From: Bdellovibrionota bacterium
Lineage (GTDB): Bacteria > Bdellovibrionota_C > UBA2361 > OMII01
DNA length: 37,842 nucleotides
Reading direction: 5' to 3'
Assembly (NCBI GenBank): GCA_044356215.1
Contig: JBIKWQ010000030.1
Span: 1 to 37,842, forward strand
Shown here: positions 36,107-37,842 of the stretch, piece after piece
How positions within the stretch are numbered: position 1 is the stretch's first letter
How the letters are laid out: the number at the start of each line of letters is the position of its first letter
Notes under the pieces: generated by a model
Told to the model about the DNA's origin: nothing
What the model saw: only the letters and a program-made list of their open reading frames with translations
The model's database searches: none
Position numbers and translations under genes: made by a program

Positions 36107-36192
36107 AGAATAAAGTTACCTTTAGAGTGCGGTAATGTTACGGCTCACCGAGTAATTATTAAAGCCCCTTTATCCGCGGGGGTGGCCGTTAA

Positions 36193-36443
36193 GGAAGGCC
36201 GGCAAAACCTACCCGTAGCGAGAAAGTGGAGGTTGAGTTGATATTCGATTTTCGAGATGGGAAAAAACCGCACCAGACTACGCCAAGGCTACGTCCGGTC
36301 CTCCATTATCTCGCCGGCCGTAGCTTTAGCGAAGGTCGGAAGTGTATCCGCTGTGATACATTGAGGATTTTTTCCCATCTCGAAAACTCGAAGAGCAGCT
36401 CAAGATCCGCTTTCGCAGCAGGGAGGGGTTTTGCCGGCCTTCC
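36193..36443. mobile_element. 251-bp non-autonomous MITE-like element flanked by TTAA
   Basis: Perfect 17-bp terminal inverted repeats GGAAGGCCGGCAAAACC/GGTTTTGCCGGCCTTCC, extending imperfectly for about 80 bp. TTAA at 36189-36192 and 36444-36447. Confidence 0.8.
36273..36339. repeat. inverted REP-like doublet nested in the MITE
   Basis: CCAGACTACGCCAAGGCTACGTCCGG (36273-36298) versus the reverse complement of 36314-36339, CCGACCTTCGCTAAAGCTACGGCCGG. Each has a GCY-AA-RGC mini-hairpin next to CTAC/GTAG. Confidence 0.75.
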
Positions 36444-36497
36444 TTAAGTAAGCACACTCCGTAATCAGCCAGCTAACTAGCTAATACCTCTGTTATA

Positions 36498-36526
36498 TTG
36501 ACTCCGATTTAAGTATCCCCTAATAT
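36498..36526 (+). promoter_or_regulatory. sigma70-like promoter for tRNA-His
   Basis: TTGACT-N17-TAATAT, ending about 47 nt upstream of the tRNA. Confidence 0.6.
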
Positions 36527-36572
36527 TAGAGGGTTATTTCTGTCAGCCTCAGCTGGCGGAAAATTTCGACAT

Positions 36573-36649
36573 GGTGGCTATAGCTCAGTTGGTAGAGCAT
36601 CGGATTGTGGTTCCGAGTGTCGTGGGTTCGATCCCCATTAGCCACCCCA
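36573..36649 (+). tRNA. tRNA-His (GTG) with encoded G-1 and CCA
   Basis: Acceptor stem GTGGCTA/TAGCCAC, D-arm GCTCAGTTGGTAGAGC, anticodon arm TCGGA-TTGTGGT-TCCGA, T-loop GGTTCGATCC, discriminator C, CCA. Confidence 0.97.
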
Positions 36650-36662
36650 TTTTTCGCAAGCA

Positions 36663-36873
36663 TGGATGCAGCAAGATGCATGTTTGTGATTTTCAAACTC
36701 TAAGCTGTTAATAACCCCAGCAATTTGTTTTATTCATTACTCTTTTCGAGTATCGCTCGTGCATCTTTCGCTTTTCTGACAACTAGTGAAATTTCACAAT
36801 ATTTCAGCAATTGGATGCAAACGAGCTGCAAATGCATCTTCGGGTTTTTGGGAAAGTGGATGCAGGAGATGCA
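36663..36873. repeat. cluster of (TG/A)GATGCA repeats, candidate integrase arm-type sites
   Basis: GATGCA at 36665, 36675, 36814, 36859 and 36868; inverted TGCATC at 36760 and 36833; directly 3' of tRNA-His. Confidence 0.6.
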
Positions 36874-36887
36874 AAGGAATATTGAGC

Positions 36888-37481
36888 CTAGTCTTTAGTC
36901 TTCTTGCGAGATTGTGACTTTGAACCCTTAGAAGGTGTCTTTTTCATCGAACTACTTTTTTGCTTGGTGTCTTGTCGCTCTTGCGATCGCTTCTGAAGCA
37001 GTTCATCAAGTATTGCTTCCAGACCACCACCAACCTGCTCAATAGCAGGAAGATGCTCGGCAGGAAGCGAAGAGATAAGCTTTGCCTTAGTTCGAGCTGC
37101 ATTATCGTAAATCTGCCACATGGCATCAATTGAAGATTGATCGAGATCTTTCCTTATTACCTCGGGCAGGTCTGACAAATACTCTTGATCGTCGGGAAAG
37201 ACGCACACCAGCTCGGATATTATCTCCTTCATCAAAACAGCTTCTTTCCCTAGGTATTTTTGACTTTTGATGTGGTCGGGGCACTTCTTAAATTCTTTGA
37301 AGAAGAATTGGCAGAGCTTATCTATAACCGCAGTAGAGGGTGACATCTCAGGGTGCTTAATTAATCGAGATAGAGTGCTGGGATCGAGGCCACTCTCCTT
37401 CGCGACATCCTTCATGTTCCAGTCTCGACCCGAAAGATCGATTAATTTACCTAGTAGTTTCCGAAGGTTAAACCTGATCAT
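36888..37481 (-). CDS. XRE/Cro-C1 family HTH regulator (repressor-like)
   Basis: MIRFNLRKLL...WNMKDVAKESGLDPSTLSRL...PSTAVIDKLCQFF; Lys/Ser-rich C-terminal tail. Start placed at the ATG at 37481. Confidence 0.85.
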   Translation of the reverse strand: MIRFNLRKLLGKLIDLSGRDWNMKDVAKESGLDPSTLSRLIKHPEMSPSTAVIDKLCQFFFKEFKKCPDHIKSQKYLGKEAVLMKEIISELVCVFPDDQEYLSDLPEVIRKDLDQSSIDAMWQIYDNAARTKAKLISSLPAEHLPAIEQVGGGLEAILDELLQKRSQERQDTKQKSSSMKKTPSKGSKSQSRKKTKD

Positions 37482-37511
37482 AAAAAATCTACTCAAAAAT
37501 AGAACATCATA

Positions 37512-37596
37512 TTGACACATAATTGCAGATATGCAATTATAGAGTTAATGCAATTAATGATGCTTACCCAAATATAGCAGATTCTGAAATATTTGG
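37512..37596. promoter_or_regulatory. divergent control region with operator-like palindromes
   Basis: TTGACA at 37512; ATAATTGCA-GATA-TGCAATTAT at 37519-37540; extra half-site ATGCAATTA at 37548; CCAAATAT...ATATTTGG at 37568-37596. Confidence 0.65.
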
Positions 37597-37628
37597 CGAG
37601 CGTCGGTTTTAACTAGGTTTTGCTTGTT

Positions 37629-37736
37629 ATGGAAACCAAAGAGCTAATCACAGCGGAAGAAGCAGCAGAGATGCTCTCAATGAGCGTCAATGCATTCCGA
37701 ATCTTCGTGCATCGGTTGCGTTACTTAACGATCTAG
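37629..37736 (+). pseudogene. truncated excisionase/MerR-like HTH (HTH_17-like)
   Basis: METKELITAEEAAEMLSMSVNAFRIFVHR matches the LTxxEAAxxLxxS pattern. It ends after 35 aa, where IS256-like sequence takes over. Confidence 0.6.
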
Positions 37737-37842
37737 AAAGAAGAGGGCTCCCTGCTCATGGCCTTCTTTTTATTGTAGATGGTGGATCGGGGTTAAACAA
37801 AGCTCTTAATGACAAGTACTCAACACATGACCCTAAGAAGCG
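37715..37842 (+). mobile_element. internal fragment of an IS256 (Mutator) family transposase, running off the window
   Basis: The frame from 37715 reads VALLNDLERRGLPAHGLLFIVDGGSGLNKAL, matching the IS256 catalytic-Asp region LLxDLxxRGL...LxxxDGxxGLxxA. Confidence 0.7.

Noticed and set aside
36226..36447. 73-aa ORF, and the 92-aa ORF at 35963-36241
   Set aside because: They lie within the fold-back element or antisense to the amidase and show no protein-like features.
80..37481. Reassignment of TGA or TAG to an amino acid
   Set aside because: Conserved genes are full length under code 11 and end at their expected C-termini; no in-frame stops are needed.

Overview
Bacterial chromosome segment of roughly 50% GC by eye. 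The gene styles suggest a deltaproteobacterial/Bdellovibrionota-like lineage, but that is an inference only. Left to right: two hypothetical genes; a Y1-HUH RAYT/TnpA-REP-like nuclease flanked by short related hairpins; a moxR-DUF58-bat operon; nadA; a LivK-like binding protein; an orphan VirD4/TraD-like ATPase; a PutA split into PRODH and P5CDH genes; dedA; a minus-strand run of hexosamine-kinase-like gene, ftsY, smc, pgsA, slt, two short flagellins and a thiolase; glyQS; a catalytically degenerate M23 protein; a lipoprotein; an Amidase_2; a 251-bp MITE-like hairpin with a nested REP-like doublet; tRNA-His; and the edge of an integrated element (GATGCA repeats, XRE repressor, divergent truncated Xis/Cro-like ORF joined to an internal IS256 transposase fragment). 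The most unusual signals are the RAYT with candidate new REP hairpins, the nested MITE/REP element, TAG-dominated stop usage with almost no TGA, twin TCAAG-N15-GCCGTA promoters with long structured flagellin leaders, an SMC with an acidic repeat insertion and a degenerate hinge, and the dead M23 near an amidase. All calls come from reading motifs by eye; no searches were run.
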